A stretch of DNA of 64,000 bases from Alphaproteobacteria bacterium (GCA_965237415.1 CBDEFM010000002.1:1856001-1920000), one strand, 5' to 3'; shown: positions 47,620-59,964, numbered from the stretch's first letter. A program made the numbers and translations. The notes: generated by a model from the sequence alone, not told the origin.

Positions 47620-48117
47620 GTCGGGCACGCCCGCAGGGTCGTGCGGGCGGAATATGTGGTCGCGCACGCCCGGGTCGCCCGCGCCTGAAAGGTCGCGGGC
47701 GCGCCAGATAGGGTCGTGCGCGCGGAATCGGGTCGCTCACGCCCACTCATCCTGTCTGCCGTGCCCCGCGTGCTCTCGCACTGCGTCGCGCGGATAGGCG
47801 CGCGGGAAATTGGTCGACCCATCGCGCAATCCTGGCGCGCACGCCGCCCACCGTGCACCGCACCATGGTTCTGGGAAAATTAGCGGGGCGGGCTGCGCGA
47901 CCGGGTGCAATCCGGGTGTCGCGGCAGCCCTTCGACTCCTCCTGTCCATAGCGCTCGACCATCCGCGCGCCGCGTCATATGCCTGGACTGCACTACAGTC
48001 TGGAACTACACTAATGAGCGTTCACATAGTGCGTCCCCCTTCCCTGCCCCGAGGTCGTACCCTCCCACCCGGCAGACGCTGCGCCGCGATGGGGACCGAC
48101 AAAAGGACGGATCGACG

Positions 48118-49173
48118 ATGCAAGCGATTACTATACGCACCATAGCGTTCGCTGCGGCGCTGGTTCTCCTGTGCGGTGCGTTCTGGGCGCCGAGCGTCCT
48201 CTCCACGGACGATGGCAGGAGCGTAAACATCTACTCCGCGCGCAAGGAGGCGCTGATCCTGCCCATTCTGGAGCGCTTTCGCGACCAGACCGGGATCGAG
48301 TTCAGTCTGGTGACCGGCAAGGCCGACGCCTTGCTCAAGCGGCTCCGCATGGAAGGCGAGGCGTCACCGGCGGATGTCTTTATCACCGTCGACGCAGGCC
48401 GGCTGCACCGCGCCAAGGAGGCCGGGGTCCTCCAGAAGATCGGGAGCGAGAGCATCGACGCCGCCGTTCCGGCGCATCTGCGCGATGCCGATGGCTTCTG
48501 GGTGGCGCTCTCCAAGCGGGCCCGCACCATCGTCCATGCCCGGGACAGAGTCGACGCGACAGCGCTCTCGACCTATGAGGGACTGGCGGATCCCTCGTGG
48601 AAGGGGCGGATCTGCATTCGCTCCTCCGGCAACATCTACAACCAGTCCCTGGTCGCTTCGATGATCGAGGCGAGCGGCGTCGAACAGACCGAAGCCTGGG
48701 CCGAAGGGCTCGTCGGCAATTTCGCCCGCCCGCCCGCCGGCGGCGATACCGATCAGCTAAGAGCGGTTGCCGCAGGCGAATGCGATGTGGCCGTGGCCAA
48801 CACCTACTATTTCGGACGCCTCGCCGCGAGCAGCAAGGAAGAGGATCAGGCGGTCGCCGCCGCGCTCAAGGTCTTCTGGCCGAATCAGGGCGAGGGCGAT
48901 CGCGGCGTCCACATGAACGTGAGCGGCGTCGGCATCACAGCCAGTGCGCAGAACCGCGACAGTGCGATTCGCCTGCTCGAGTTCCTGGTCTCGCCCGAGG
49001 CGCAGAGGTGGTACGCGGAGGTCAACCATGAATACCCGGTCGTCCCCAGCGTGGCGGCGTCGGAGACGCTGGAGTCCTTCGGTGCCTTCAATGAAGACAC
49101 CCTGAACCTGACGGCGCTCGGCGCGAACAACCGGCAGGCCGTGGAGTTGATGGACCGGGCCGGCTGGCGTTAA
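48118..49173 (+). CDS. Fe(III) ABC transporter substrate-binding protein (FutA/FbpA-like)
   Basis: Signal peptide, NIYSARKE, SPADVFITVDAGRL, RSSGNIYNQSL, GGDTDQ, ANTYY (Tyr-Tyr iron ligands), NHEYP. Confidence 0.92.
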   Translation: MQAITIRTIAFAAALVLLCGAFWAPSVLSTDDGRSVNIYSARKEALILPILERFRDQTGIEFSLVTGKADALLKRLRMEGEASPADVFITVDAGRLHRAKEAGVLQKIGSESIDAAVPAHLRDADGFWVALSKRARTIVHARDRVDATALSTYEGLADPSWKGRICIRSSGNIYNQSLVASMIEASGVEQTEAWAEGLVGNFARPPAGGDTDQLRAVAAGECDVAVANTYYFGRLAASSKEEDQAVAAALKVFWPNQGEGDRGVHMNVSGVGITASAQNRDSAIRLLEFLVSPEAQRWYAEVNHEYPVVPSVAASETLESFGAFNEDTLNLTALGANNRQAVELMDRAGWR

Positions 49174-49248
49174 CGGCGTAGGCCGCCGCGTTCCCAATCG
49201 TGCGTTGGCCGTGACGGGTCCGGCGATGCAAGCGGCCTGCACACCGCC

Positions 49249-50916
49249 TTGATGGCCCGGCTCGCGATGATTGCCTCGTCACCATTGTCGGTCTCGAGAT
49301 TCGTTACCGCATCGGCGCCGCTGCTCGCCTTCATCGTGGCCTTGCCGGTGCTCATCATCGTCGCATCGATGTTCGGAGCCGACAGCGGGGCGACGTGGGG
49401 GCACCTTTGGCGCACCGTCCTCGCCGACTACGTCGTCAATTCGCTCGTCCTCATGCTGGGCGTGGGGGCGCTGACCCTGATCCTGGGGGTGCCCGCCGCC
49501 TGGTACACGGCCGTCTGCGAGTTTCCGGGGCGAAGGCTCTTCATCTGGCTCTTGCCGCTGCCGCTGGCGTTCCCGGCCTACATCATCGCTTACACCTACT
49601 CGGGCCTCCTCGACTATCCCGGACCGGTCCAAACTTTCATCCGCGACGTGACCGGGTGGGGACACGGGGACTACTGGTTTCCGCCGATCCGCTCCCTCGG
49701 CGGGGCGATCGTCATGCTCGGGCTGGTGCTTTACCCCTACGTGTTCCTGCTGGCCCGCGCGTCCTTCCTCGAACGCTCGGCCTCGGCGCTCGAAGTGAGC
49801 CGCACGCTTGGCTACGGCGTGCGGCAGAGTTTCTTTCGCCTCGCGCTGCCGTTGGCGCGCCCGGCGATCGTCACCGGCGTCTCGCTCGCGCTGATGGAGA
49901 CCCTGGCCGACTACGGGACGGTGCAGTATTTCGGCGTGAGCACCTTCACCACCGGGATATTCCGCACCTTCTACGGCTTCGACGACATCACTGCCGCGTC
50001 GCAGCTCTCGGCGGCGCTGCTGCTGTTCGTCGTCCTGCTGATCTTCATGGAGCGCTATTCGCGCCGCAGAGCCCGCTACGACACGAGCGGCCCCGCCCGC
50101 TACGAGCATCGCATTCGGCTGAGCGGCGGGCAGGCCGTCTGGGCCTGGGTCTCGTGCTTGGTGCCAGTGGTGCTGGGATTCATTCTTCCCGGTGCGGTTC
50201 TTCTGAAGTGGGCGCTCTACGACGCAGCCTGGGACGGCTCCTCCTTCCTGTCGTTGATCTGGAACTCCTTCTACCTGGCATTTCTCGCTGCGGTGATTGC
50301 CGTGGCGTGCGCTCTGGTGCTCGGCTATGCGCGGCGCAACCGCAACACGAGGCTGGTGCGCGCATCGCTCGGCGTCTCTGGCCTCGGTTACGCGATCCCC
50401 GGCGCCATCGTCGCGATCGGTGTCATCGTGCCCCTCGCGTGGCTGGACCATCGCCTGATCGACCTCGCGAAGTTCGTCACGGGAGAGCAGATCGGACTCG
50501 TGCTCTCAGGCAGCATCGTCGCGCTTCTCTTCGCCTATACGGTGAGGTTTCTCGCGATTTCCTTGGGCGCTGTGCAGAACGGCTTGGACAAGATCAAGCC
50601 GAGCCTCGACTATGCGACACGGTCGCTCGGGCGGAGGCCGATCCAGGTGCTGGCCGAGATCCATGTTCCCCTGATGAGGAGCACGGTGTTGACGGCGTTG
50701 CTGATCGTGTTTGTCGATGTCATGAAGGAGCTGCCGGCGACCCTGATCCTCCGGCCGTTCGACTTCAACACGCTCGCGGTGCGCGCCTACGAACTCGCCT
50801 CCGACGAGCGGCTTGCGGATGCAGCGGTGCCCTCGCTTATGATCGTGCTGGTCGGGGTTCTTCCGGTAATCCTCTTGAGTCGCACGATTTCGCGCGGCCA
50901 TTCAGGGCAGGAATAG
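49249..50916 (+). CDS. Fe(III) ABC transporter permease (FbpB-like); start uncertain
   Basis: PLAFPAYIIAY, LYPYVFLLARA, METLADYGTV, KELPATLILRPFDFNTLA. Confidence 0.92.
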   Translation: MMARLAMIASSPLSVSRFVTASAPLLAFIVALPVLIIVASMFGADSGATWGHLWRTVLADYVVNSLVLMLGVGALTLILGVPAAWYTAVCEFPGRRLFIWLLPLPLAFPAYIIAYTYSGLLDYPGPVQTFIRDVTGWGHGDYWFPPIRSLGGAIVMLGLVLYPYVFLLARASFLERSASALEVSRTLGYGVRQSFFRLALPLARPAIVTGVSLALMETLADYGTVQYFGVSTFTTGIFRTFYGFDDITAASQLSAALLLFVVLLIFMERYSRRRARYDTSGPARYEHRIRLSGGQAVWAWVSCLVPVVLGFILPGAVLLKWALYDAAWDGSSFLSLIWNSFYLAFLAAVIAVACALVLGYARRNRNTRLVRASLGVSGLGYAIPGAIVAIGVIVPLAWLDHRLIDLAKFVTGEQIGLVLSGSIVALLFAYTVRFLAISLGAVQNGLDKIKPSLDYATRSLGRRPIQVLAEIHVPLMRSTVLTALLIVFVDVMKELPATLILRPFDFNTLAVRAYELASDERLADAAVPSLMIVLVGVLPVILLSRTISRGHSGQE

Positions 50917-50920
50917 GCCG

Positions 50921-52027
50921 TTGTTGACGATCGAAACATTGACGCTCGGGTACGGGGGCAAGGTCGTGGTGACGGATGCCACGTTTGCTCTCGAAACCGG
51001 GCAGATCGGGAGTCTGCTGGGGCCGAGCGGCTGCGGCAAATCGACTCTGCTGCGCGGGATCGCCGGTTTCGAGCGGCCGCTGAGCGGGACCGTCTCCATG
51101 GACGGTGAGCGTCTCTCCGCGCCGGACTCCGTGGTGGAGCCCGAGCGCCGGCAGATAGGCATGGTGTTTCAGGACGTGGCCCTCTTCCCGCATCTCGATG
51201 TCGGCCGCAACATCGCGTTCGGGCTGCGAGGGTCGACGAAGACGGAGCAACGCCGCCGGGTCGGAGAGCTGTTGGAGCTTTTCGGGCTGGCGGGCTACGC
51301 CGAGCGCATGCCGCATTCGCTCTCGGGCGGCGAGCAGCAGCGCGTTGCCTTGGCGCGGGCGATGGCGCCCAAACCGAAGCTCCTGCTGATGGACGAGGCG
51401 TTCTCCAGCCTCGATACAGAGCTACGCCTGGCGATCGTGCCGGAAGTCAGGCAAATCCTGAAGCACGAGAACATGAGCGCGATACTGGTCACCCACGATC
51501 ACAACGAAGCCTTCGCCATGGCGGACCAGGTCGGCGTGATGGACGCCGGGCGGATTCATCAGTGGGACGAGCCCTACGTGCTCTATCACCTGCCGAACTC
51601 TAAATTCGTAGCGCAGTTCGTCGGCGAAGGGCAGTTGATCGAGGCGACGGCCATCGACGGGACGAAGTTACGGTCGGTTCTCGGCATCCATAGTGTGCAC
51701 AAAGGCCACGATATCGCGTTGGGAAGCAGCGTAGAAATACTGGTAAGACCCGACGATATCGTGCACGACCATATAAGCGAAATGATGGGAGAAATCGTCG
51801 AGATTTCGTTTCGAGGCTCGCACTATCAATACTTGACGAGACTGGAGAACAACGAGCGGCTGTTATGCATTGCCGAGTCGCATCACAAGCATAAGATAGG
51901 AGACCGTATCGAGCTGGTTCCTAAATTGGAACACCTCGTTGTCTTCGACGACGACGGGGTGGGGACCGCTTACGATTCCACGCTGGATACATTCCTGAAA
52001 ACCCTCTCCGCCAGGCCCTTCTTTTAG
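50921..52027 (+). CDS. Fe(III) ABC transporter ATP-binding protein (FbpC-like)
   Basis: GPSGCGKST, LSGGEQQRVALARA, VTHD, C-terminal TOBE-like region. Confidence 0.92.
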   Translation: MLTIETLTLGYGGKVVVTDATFALETGQIGSLLGPSGCGKSTLLRGIAGFERPLSGTVSMDGERLSAPDSVVEPERRQIGMVFQDVALFPHLDVGRNIAFGLRGSTKTEQRRRVGELLELFGLAGYAERMPHSLSGGEQQRVALARAMAPKPKLLLMDEAFSSLDTELRLAIVPEVRQILKHENMSAILVTHDHNEAFAMADQVGVMDAGRIHQWDEPYVLYHLPNSKFVAQFVGEGQLIEATAIDGTKLRSVLGIHSVHKGHDIALGSSVEILVRPDDIVHDHISEMMGEIVEISFRGSHYQYLTRLENNERLLCIAESHHKHKIGDRIELVPKLEHLVVFDDDGVGTAYDSTLDTFLKTLSARPFF

Positions 52028-52142
52028 TTTGCCGCGACTCGGCGCGGCCGGAGCGTCGCCGATGCCGCCGCCTTGCGCTCGGAGATGGCGGTGGCACGGG
52101 GGCACCGCCGCGATGAGCGACGGCGCCCCGAGCCGATAGCGA

Positions 52143-53714
52143 TCAGCAGCTCTTCCAGTCTTTCGCCGCCTCCAGCGCCGCCGCCACCTGGAGCACCTTG
52201 GCGTCCTCGAATTGGCGGCCGACGATCATGCAGCCGATGGGCAGGTCGTCCGAGACCCCGCACGGCACCGAGATCGCCGGATGGCCGGTCACGTCGAACT
52301 GGCAGGTGTTGTGGATCATGTCGAGCGTGCGAATGATGCGCTCCTTGAGCGGCGCGTCGTTGTCGGGGATCGGCGTCGGCAGGATCGACGTGCTGGGCAT
52401 CACCAGCACGTCGCAGGACTCCAGCAAATCGTCGTAGCTCTGCGTGATCTGGCCCCGGATGTTCTGCGCCTTCGCGTAGTAGCGGTTGTAGTACTCCGAC
52501 TGCATGTATTCGCCGAAGAGCAGCACGTACTTCACCATCACGCCCATGTCGTTGGGCCGGGCGCGCGCGCCCTTCGCCACGTTGTCGAGGAGCTGCGTGT
52601 TGTAGAAGCCGCGCCAGTTGGTGCCGGTGTTGTTGCCCTTCAGCATGACCGACTGCGCACCCTCGACGCAGAGCGGCACCCACACGTGAAAGGCGTCCTC
52701 GTGGCGCGGGTTGGAGACCTCGGTCACCTCGGCACCGGCGCCCGCAAGGCGGTCAACGGCGGCGCGGACACTGTCCGAGACCACCGTGTCGCCGGGCGGG
52801 AGCCCGGTTTCGCCCCAGGTGTCCTCGCCCGCACCCTGGTCGAAGCCTTCCTTCAGCACCCCGATCTGGACGCCCTTGCAGCCCCTGTCGAGGCCGGTGA
52901 CGTAGTCCATGTCCAGCCCTGCCGGGATCACCCCCCGCTGGCGCGGATCGAGCGGGTCTTCGCCGGCGATCGCGGTGAGCATGCGTGCGGTGTTCTCCAC
53001 CGTATCCGCCATGGGGCCGAGATGGTCCATGGTCATCTCGATCATCATGGCGCCGGTATAGGGCACGAGGCCATACGTAGGCTTGTGACCGACGATGCCG
53101 CTCCAGCTCGCGGGAATGCGGATCGAGCCGCCCTGGTCGCCGCCGATCGACACGTCGATATCGCCGGCCGCGATGGCGGCGCCGTTGCCGTTGGACGACG
53201 CGCCGGTCGAATGGGTCGGCTTGTGCGGGTTGCGCACGGGCCCGTAGGCCGAGGTGTGGCTGCCGCCCGAGAACGAGCAGTCCTCGCTGTTGGTCTTGCC
53301 GAGGATGGTCCCGCCGGCATCGAGCACGCGTGTCACCACGGTGGCGTCGATATCCGGAATGTAGCCCTCCATCCCCTTGGCGCCGTTGATCATGGGGAAG
53401 CCTGCGACGCAGATCGCATCCTTGATGCCGATCCGCTTGCCGGCGAGCACGCCGTCCGCCGCGCCCTTGATCTCGCCCTTCACGAACCACGCGTTGTAGG
53501 GGTCCTCCTCGGGCCCCGGCCGGTAGGAGCCGCAGCGCGGATACTTCACGGGCGGCTTGGTCTCCTGCATCGTGTCGAGGCGGCGGTAGCTGTTCAGCGT
53601 CCCCGCCATCATCTCGCTGTAGAGGTCGGCGTCCGCGTCGCTCATTGTGAAGCCGAACGACTCGGCCAACTCCTGGACCTTCTTCGCGCTCGGCGGTACT
53701 GGACCTGTCGGCAT
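52143..53714 (-). CDS. Amidase signature family amidase
   Basis: IKDAICVAG (Lys), STGASSNG, GGDQGGSIRIPASWSG, KPTYGLVPYTG, DHLGPM. Confidence 0.93.
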   Translation of the reverse strand: MPTGPVPPSAKKVQELAESFGFTMSDADADLYSEMMAGTLNSYRRLDTMQETKPPVKYPRCGSYRPGPEEDPYNAWFVKGEIKGAADGVLAGKRIGIKDAICVAGFPMINGAKGMEGYIPDIDATVVTRVLDAGGTILGKTNSEDCSFSGGSHTSAYGPVRNPHKPTHSTGASSNGNGAAIAAGDIDVSIGGDQGGSIRIPASWSGIVGHKPTYGLVPYTGAMMIEMTMDHLGPMADTVENTARMLTAIAGEDPLDPRQRGVIPAGLDMDYVTGLDRGCKGVQIGVLKEGFDQGAGEDTWGETGLPPGDTVVSDSVRAAVDRLAGAGAEVTEVSNPRHEDAFHVWVPLCVEGAQSVMLKGNNTGTNWRGFYNTQLLDNVAKGARARPNDMGVMVKYVLLFGEYMQSEYYNRYYAKAQNIRGQITQSYDDLLESCDVLVMPSTSILPTPIPDNDAPLKERIIRTLDMIHNTCQFDVTGHPAISVPCGVSDDLPIGCMIVGRQFEDAKVLQVAAALEAAKDWKSC

Positions 53715-53858
53715 TCTGCTCTCCCTTGATTCCCGAGGCCGTTGGGCAGTGCTCAAACGGCGACGGGCGGCATTCTAGCGATTGCCAGGGTGCGCGGCCA
53801 TTGCAGCGGAGTCGCTTCCTGTTGCCCGCCCGGCGAATCGGGATAATGTTGCGGCGCT

Positions 53859-54614
53859 GTGACTCTAATCCCCACGATTCGGCCCGGTAAGCGCGCGTGC
53901 GCAGGGGTCCTCCTGTGCCTCGCCGCGGCCGCCCTCTGGGCGGCGGCCGCGGGGCCGGCGGCGGCCGACCTGCTCGAAGACGGCGCCGCTGCTTACGAGG
54001 CCGGCGACTATGGCGAGGCCGCGAAGGCCTGGCGCCCGCTCGCCGAAGGGGGCGACGCGATGGCGCAGTTCAACCTGGGCCTCCTCCACGAGACCGGGCG
54101 CGGCGTGGCCGAGGACCTTGCTCAGGCCGCGGCGTGGTACGAGCGCGCGGCCCTGCAGGGCGCAACCCAGGCGCAGTTCAATCTGGCGCTGCTCCATCAG
54201 ACCGGGCGCGGCGTCGAGAAGGACGGGACGCAGGCGCTCTACTGGCTCGAAGTGGCGGCGCGCCACGGCGCGGGCGCGGAGCAGGAGCAGGCGGCCGACG
54301 CTGCGGCCCGACTGGCCGAGATTCTGCTTGCGGAGGACGTGGACAATGCCCGCGCCCGTGCTGACGAATTCGCGCCGCGCCCGGAGGGGGCGTCGGTCCG
54401 GGCTCAGGAGATCACCCTGATCCTCTCCGAGAGCCAGGTCGAGGAGCTGCAACGCCGCCTCGCGGCCCATGGCTACGACCCGGGGCCGCTGGACGGCGTT
54501 CCCGGAGAGCAGACGCGCAACGCCGTGCGCCGCTATCTCGCCGACCGGGGCCTCACCTGGCCCGAGGGCGAGAACCTGTCCCAGCGTCTGCTGGACCTCG
54601 TGCGCGCGCCCTAG
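53859..54614 (+). CDS. Exported Sel1-like repeat protein with C-terminal peptidoglycan-binding domain
   Basis: Signal peptide-like N-terminus, AQFNLG..GRGV..D..A..WY repeats, LQRRLAAHGYDPGPLDG..GEQTRNAVRRY. Confidence 0.85.
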   Translation: MTLIPTIRPGKRACAGVLLCLAAAALWAAAAGPAAADLLEDGAAAYEAGDYGEAAKAWRPLAEGGDAMAQFNLGLLHETGRGVAEDLAQAAAWYERAALQGATQAQFNLALLHQTGRGVEKDGTQALYWLEVAARHGAGAEQEQAADAAARLAEILLAEDVDNARARADEFAPRPEGASVRAQEITLILSESQVEELQRRLAAHGYDPGPLDGVPGEQTRNAVRRYLADRGLTWPEGENLSQRLLDLVRAP

Positions 54615-54644
54615 CCGGGAAATCCCTCCTCGGTCAGCGCCGTG

Positions 54645-55586
54645 CTAAACGGCGCCGGGACCGCGGCGGGTCACCAGAAAGAGGCCGGCGAAGAGCAGCG
54701 CCAGGGCGCCCCAGATGTAGACGCTGTGACTCTCGGCCAGGATCAGGATGCCCCAGCCGATCCCCGCCAGTGTGGCGACGTAGTTCTGTGTCGAGAAGAA
54801 GACCGGCCCCGCACGCCTGACGATCTCCAGGAGCAGATAGAAGAAAGCGGCGTTGATCAGAATGGCGCCGATCTGCGCCCAGTCGCTGTCGCTCATCGGG
54901 CCGGAAAAGAACCACCACTGCCCGCTCCCCGCCATGAAGGGGAAGACCATGATCGACGAGGCGAAGAGCAGCCCGCTCCCCATAGTGAGCGAATCGCCCT
55001 CGGCGGGTGCCAGGCGGGCGGCCGAAATCGTGCCGGAGGCATAGCTGACCGGGACCAACAGGCTGAGCAGCACCCAGCCGGCCATGTCGGAATCCGGCAG
55101 GCTCGTCTCCGGCAGGACCACCAGCAGAACGCCGGCGAGGCCGAGCGCAATTCCGCCGATCCGAAGCCAGCGAAAGCGATCCATCGCGAGCGCCAGCGCC
55201 AGGATATAGGTGATCGTCGGGCTGAGCGTCCCGCCCAGGCCGATCACCCCGGCCGGTAGCTTGGGAGCGATGAAGGCCAGGAGAACGAAGGGGAAGGCGA
55301 GCGTGAAAAAGCCGATCACGAAATAGGCCCGCACATAGGGCCAGCTCAAGCGCGGGCGCCGGCGGAGCAGAGCGGCAAACAACAACAGAACGAGGCCCGC
55401 GCCCACCGTCTGCCAGAAGACATAGGCGAAGAACGGAATGCCCCCGGTGACGGCGATCTTGTTGGCCGAGAAGATCAGCCCGAACGTGCCGCCGCAGACG
55501 ATGAGGAGGACGAACGAGACAAGCCGGTGTCCACGCGGCGGCGGCGGCACCGGCTCTTGCGCGGTGGTCGCTTCGCCGGCTGCCAT
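54645..55586 (-). CDS. DMT/EamA family transporter
   Basis: About 10 hydrophobic helices in two repeats; IVRRAGPVFFS..NY...GWGILILAE. Confidence 0.88.
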   Translation of the reverse strand: MAAGEATTAQEPVPPPPRGHRLVSFVLLIVCGGTFGLIFSANKIAVTGGIPFFAYVFWQTVGAGLVLLLFAALLRRRPRLSWPYVRAYFVIGFFTLAFPFVLLAFIAPKLPAGVIGLGGTLSPTITYILALALAMDRFRWLRIGGIALGLAGVLLVVLPETSLPDSDMAGWVLLSLLVPVSYASGTISAARLAPAEGDSLTMGSGLLFASSIMVFPFMAGSGQWWFFSGPMSDSDWAQIGAILINAAFFYLLLEIVRRAGPVFFSTQNYVATLAGIGWGILILAESHSVYIWGALALLFAGLFLVTRRGPGAV

Positions 55587-55769
55587 GTCCCTCACTTCGC
55601 CGTTGCCGAGGGACCATAGCACGCGTTGGCTAACCGCGCGGCGCGGCGTCCCCACCGCATGGCGAGATGAGAGAGAATTCTAATTGTTACTTTAAATCAG
55701 ATGATTACGTGAAATTGGCTTCGTTTTGTAATTTTCTCCGATCGCGTCGTCGTCTCTTCCACCGCTCGC

Positions 55770-57761
<1,992 letters not shown>

Positions 57762-57929
57762 GCGGATCTTTCCTTTCCGGCCCTCGGGATCGGGCGGGCT
57801 CCGGTTGGCCACGCGGGAGGCGCATTCGGCCCCTCGTCGGACGGCTCGGGGGCGCGCATGCGCCGCTTGCGCCCGATTCGCGTAATGTGGGGTCGGAGGC
57901 CTCCAGGTCAAGCCTCTTGGTCGTGCGAA

Positions 57930-57958
57930 AGTCTGTAAGACACGCGGAAGAGTGTCAA
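57930..57958 (-). promoter_or_regulatory. Putative rpoD promoter TTGACA-N17-CAGACT
   Basis: Minus-strand match in the dnaG-rpoD intergenic region. Confidence 0.5.
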
Positions 57959-58007
57959 GCGCTCTGCGACTGGCGGCATAGCACCGCCGATGGAGCCGCG
58001 CGCCCTG

Positions 58008-59843
58008 TTATGGCCCGCCGGTCCGGGAGCGCCCGACATCGTCCGGAAGCTCCATTTCCACCTTCTCCATGTCGCGCTTGCGGCGGATGGCTTCCTGGAG
58101 GCGTTCCCAATTCTCCTCGCTCGTCTCGTCGGCAAGCGCCTTCTCGGCCTCGGACAGCGCCGCCGGCAGCTCGATTCGGAGTCGCTGCAGTTCCAGGGCG
58201 TGAGCGAGCGTGTTGCGCGCGTCGTCGAGGCTGGCCGCTCTGTTGAGATAGTGCGTGTCGGCCTCCGCGAGTTCCTCGACAACGCCGCCGAGGCCGTGGC
58301 GCGCAAGCGCGTCGCGCAGCCCGGTGCCCTCCGGCTCGGGGCCGGTCTCTGCCCACTCGATCAACGCCGCCATGACTGCGGCGAAACGCGGCGTCTCGAG
58401 GCGGATTCGGGCCAACGTCTCCTGCTGCTCGATGGCCAATGCAGGGAAATCGAGCAGGGTCTGGAGCAAGGTACGCTCCCGGACCTGAGCCGTGCCCTGC
58501 CCGCCGGGCCCGAGCGCATTCCCTGTCAACACCGGTGCCTCGGCGGCAATGAACGATGGCGAACCGCCCTGCCCCCGCCCTTGCCACGGCAGCCGCAGCC
58601 GCTGCCGGAAATCTTCCCGGTAGCGGAAACCAAGATCGCGGTCGGGAATCCGCGCGATCTGGTCCAGGAGCTGCTTGTTGACCCGCGCGCGGGCCTCCGG
58701 CGTGTCGAGCGCCCGGCCGGTGAGCGCCATCCTCCAGAGCTGGTCGGAGAGGGGGATCGCGGCATCGACGATCTCGGCCATCGCCTGGCGGCCGCGATCG
58801 CGCACCATCGTGTCGGGGTCCTGGCCCGAGGGCAGCGTCGCGAAGCGCAGCGAACGCTTCGCGTTGAGCTGGGGCAAGGCGCGCTCGACTGCGCGCGCCG
58901 CGGCGCGGACGCCAGCCTCGTCGCCATCGAAGCAGAGGACAGGCTCCTCGGCGAGGCGCCAGAGCGACTCCAATTGCTGCTCGGTGAGCGCGGTGCCGAG
59001 CGGCGCCACGGCCCAGGCGATGCCTGCCTGGTGCAGCGCGATCACGTCCATGTAGCCCTCGACCGCGATGACCCGGCCCGCCTTGCGGGCGGCTGGCGCG
59101 ACGAGATGCTGGCCGTAGAGCAGGCTGCCCTTGGCGAAGAGCGGGGTCTCCGGCGAGTTGAGATATTTGGGCTGGCCGTCGCCCAGCGCCCGGCCGCCGA
59201 AGGCGACGACCCGCCCGCGCCGGTCGCAGATGGGGAAGATCACGCGCCCACGAAAACGATCGTAAGGCGTGCGGTCATCCTCCGGCGCGATGACGAGCCC
59301 CGCTTCCCGCATCATCGCTTCGGTGACGCCGCCCTGCTCCAGCTTGGTGCGGAGCGCCGTGCGGCTGTCTGGCGCGTAGCCGAGGCGGAAATGGGCGCGG
59401 GCTTCCTCGTCCACGCCGCGGGCGTCGAGGTAGCGCCGGGCGGCCACGCCGCGCGGCCCCGCAAGCTCCGCCTCGAACCAGGCAGCCGCAGCCTCCACCA
59501 CGCCGTAGAGCGAGTGGCGCTCCCGCTCCTTCGCCTCGGCGCGCGGGTCGCGCGCGGGCAACGCGAGCCCCGCATCGCCCGCCAGCCGCTCCACCGCTTC
59601 CGGGAACGAGAGGCCCTCGTCCCGCATGATGAAGCCGATGACATCGCCGTGGGCGCCGCAGCCGAAGCAGTGGAAGAAGCCCTTGTCCTCGTTCACGGTG
59701 AAGGAGGGCGTCTTCTCCTTATGGAATGGGCAGAGCCCGAGCAGTTCGCGCCCGCGGCGCAAGAGCCGCACGCGTTTGCCGATCACGCCTTCCAGCGGAA
59801 CGCGTGCGCGAATCTCGTCCAGAAATTGCGGCGGGAACGTCAT
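58008..59843 (-). CDS. dnaG: DNA primase
   Basis: CPFHKEKTPSF..HCFGC zinc finger, DRFRGRVIFPI, KYLNSPET, VEGYMDV, FDGDEAG, DPD. Confidence 0.97.
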   Translation of the reverse strand: MTFPPQFLDEIRARVPLEGVIGKRVRLLRRGRELLGLCPFHKEKTPSFTVNEDKGFFHCFGCGAHGDVIGFIMRDEGLSFPEAVERLAGDAGLALPARDPRAEAKERERHSLYGVVEAAAAWFEAELAGPRGVAARRYLDARGVDEEARAHFRLGYAPDSRTALRTKLEQGGVTEAMMREAGLVIAPEDDRTPYDRFRGRVIFPICDRRGRVVAFGGRALGDGQPKYLNSPETPLFAKGSLLYGQHLVAPAARKAGRVIAVEGYMDVIALHQAGIAWAVAPLGTALTEQQLESLWRLAEEPVLCFDGDEAGVRAAARAVERALPQLNAKRSLRFATLPSGQDPDTMVRDRGRQAMAEIVDAAIPLSDQLWRMALTGRALDTPEARARVNKQLLDQIARIPDRDLGFRYREDFRQRLRLPWQGRGQGGSPSFIAAEAPVLTGNALGPGGQGTAQVRERTLLQTLLDFPALAIEQQETLARIRLETPRFAAVMAALIEWAETGPEPEGTGLRDALARHGLGGVVEELAEADTHYLNRAASLDDARNTLAHALELQRLRIELPAALSEAEKALADETSEENWERLQEAIRRKRDMEKVEMELPDDVGRSRTGGP

Positions 59844-59964
59844 CCCCTCTCGCCTGGCTGAGCGGCCATCATGGCCCGGCTCGCGTCGGTTTCCCAGCCT
59901 TTGTAACCTTTACGGGGCGGGTCTCTCCCCGCCTGTCGGCGCGGCGTCAGGCGGTCCCGTCGGA

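Noticed and set aside
53859-54614. Sel1 protein as evidence of host symbiosis
   Set aside because: Short Sel1 plus peptidoglycan-binding proteins are common in free-living alphaproteobacteria; one gene is not diagnostic.
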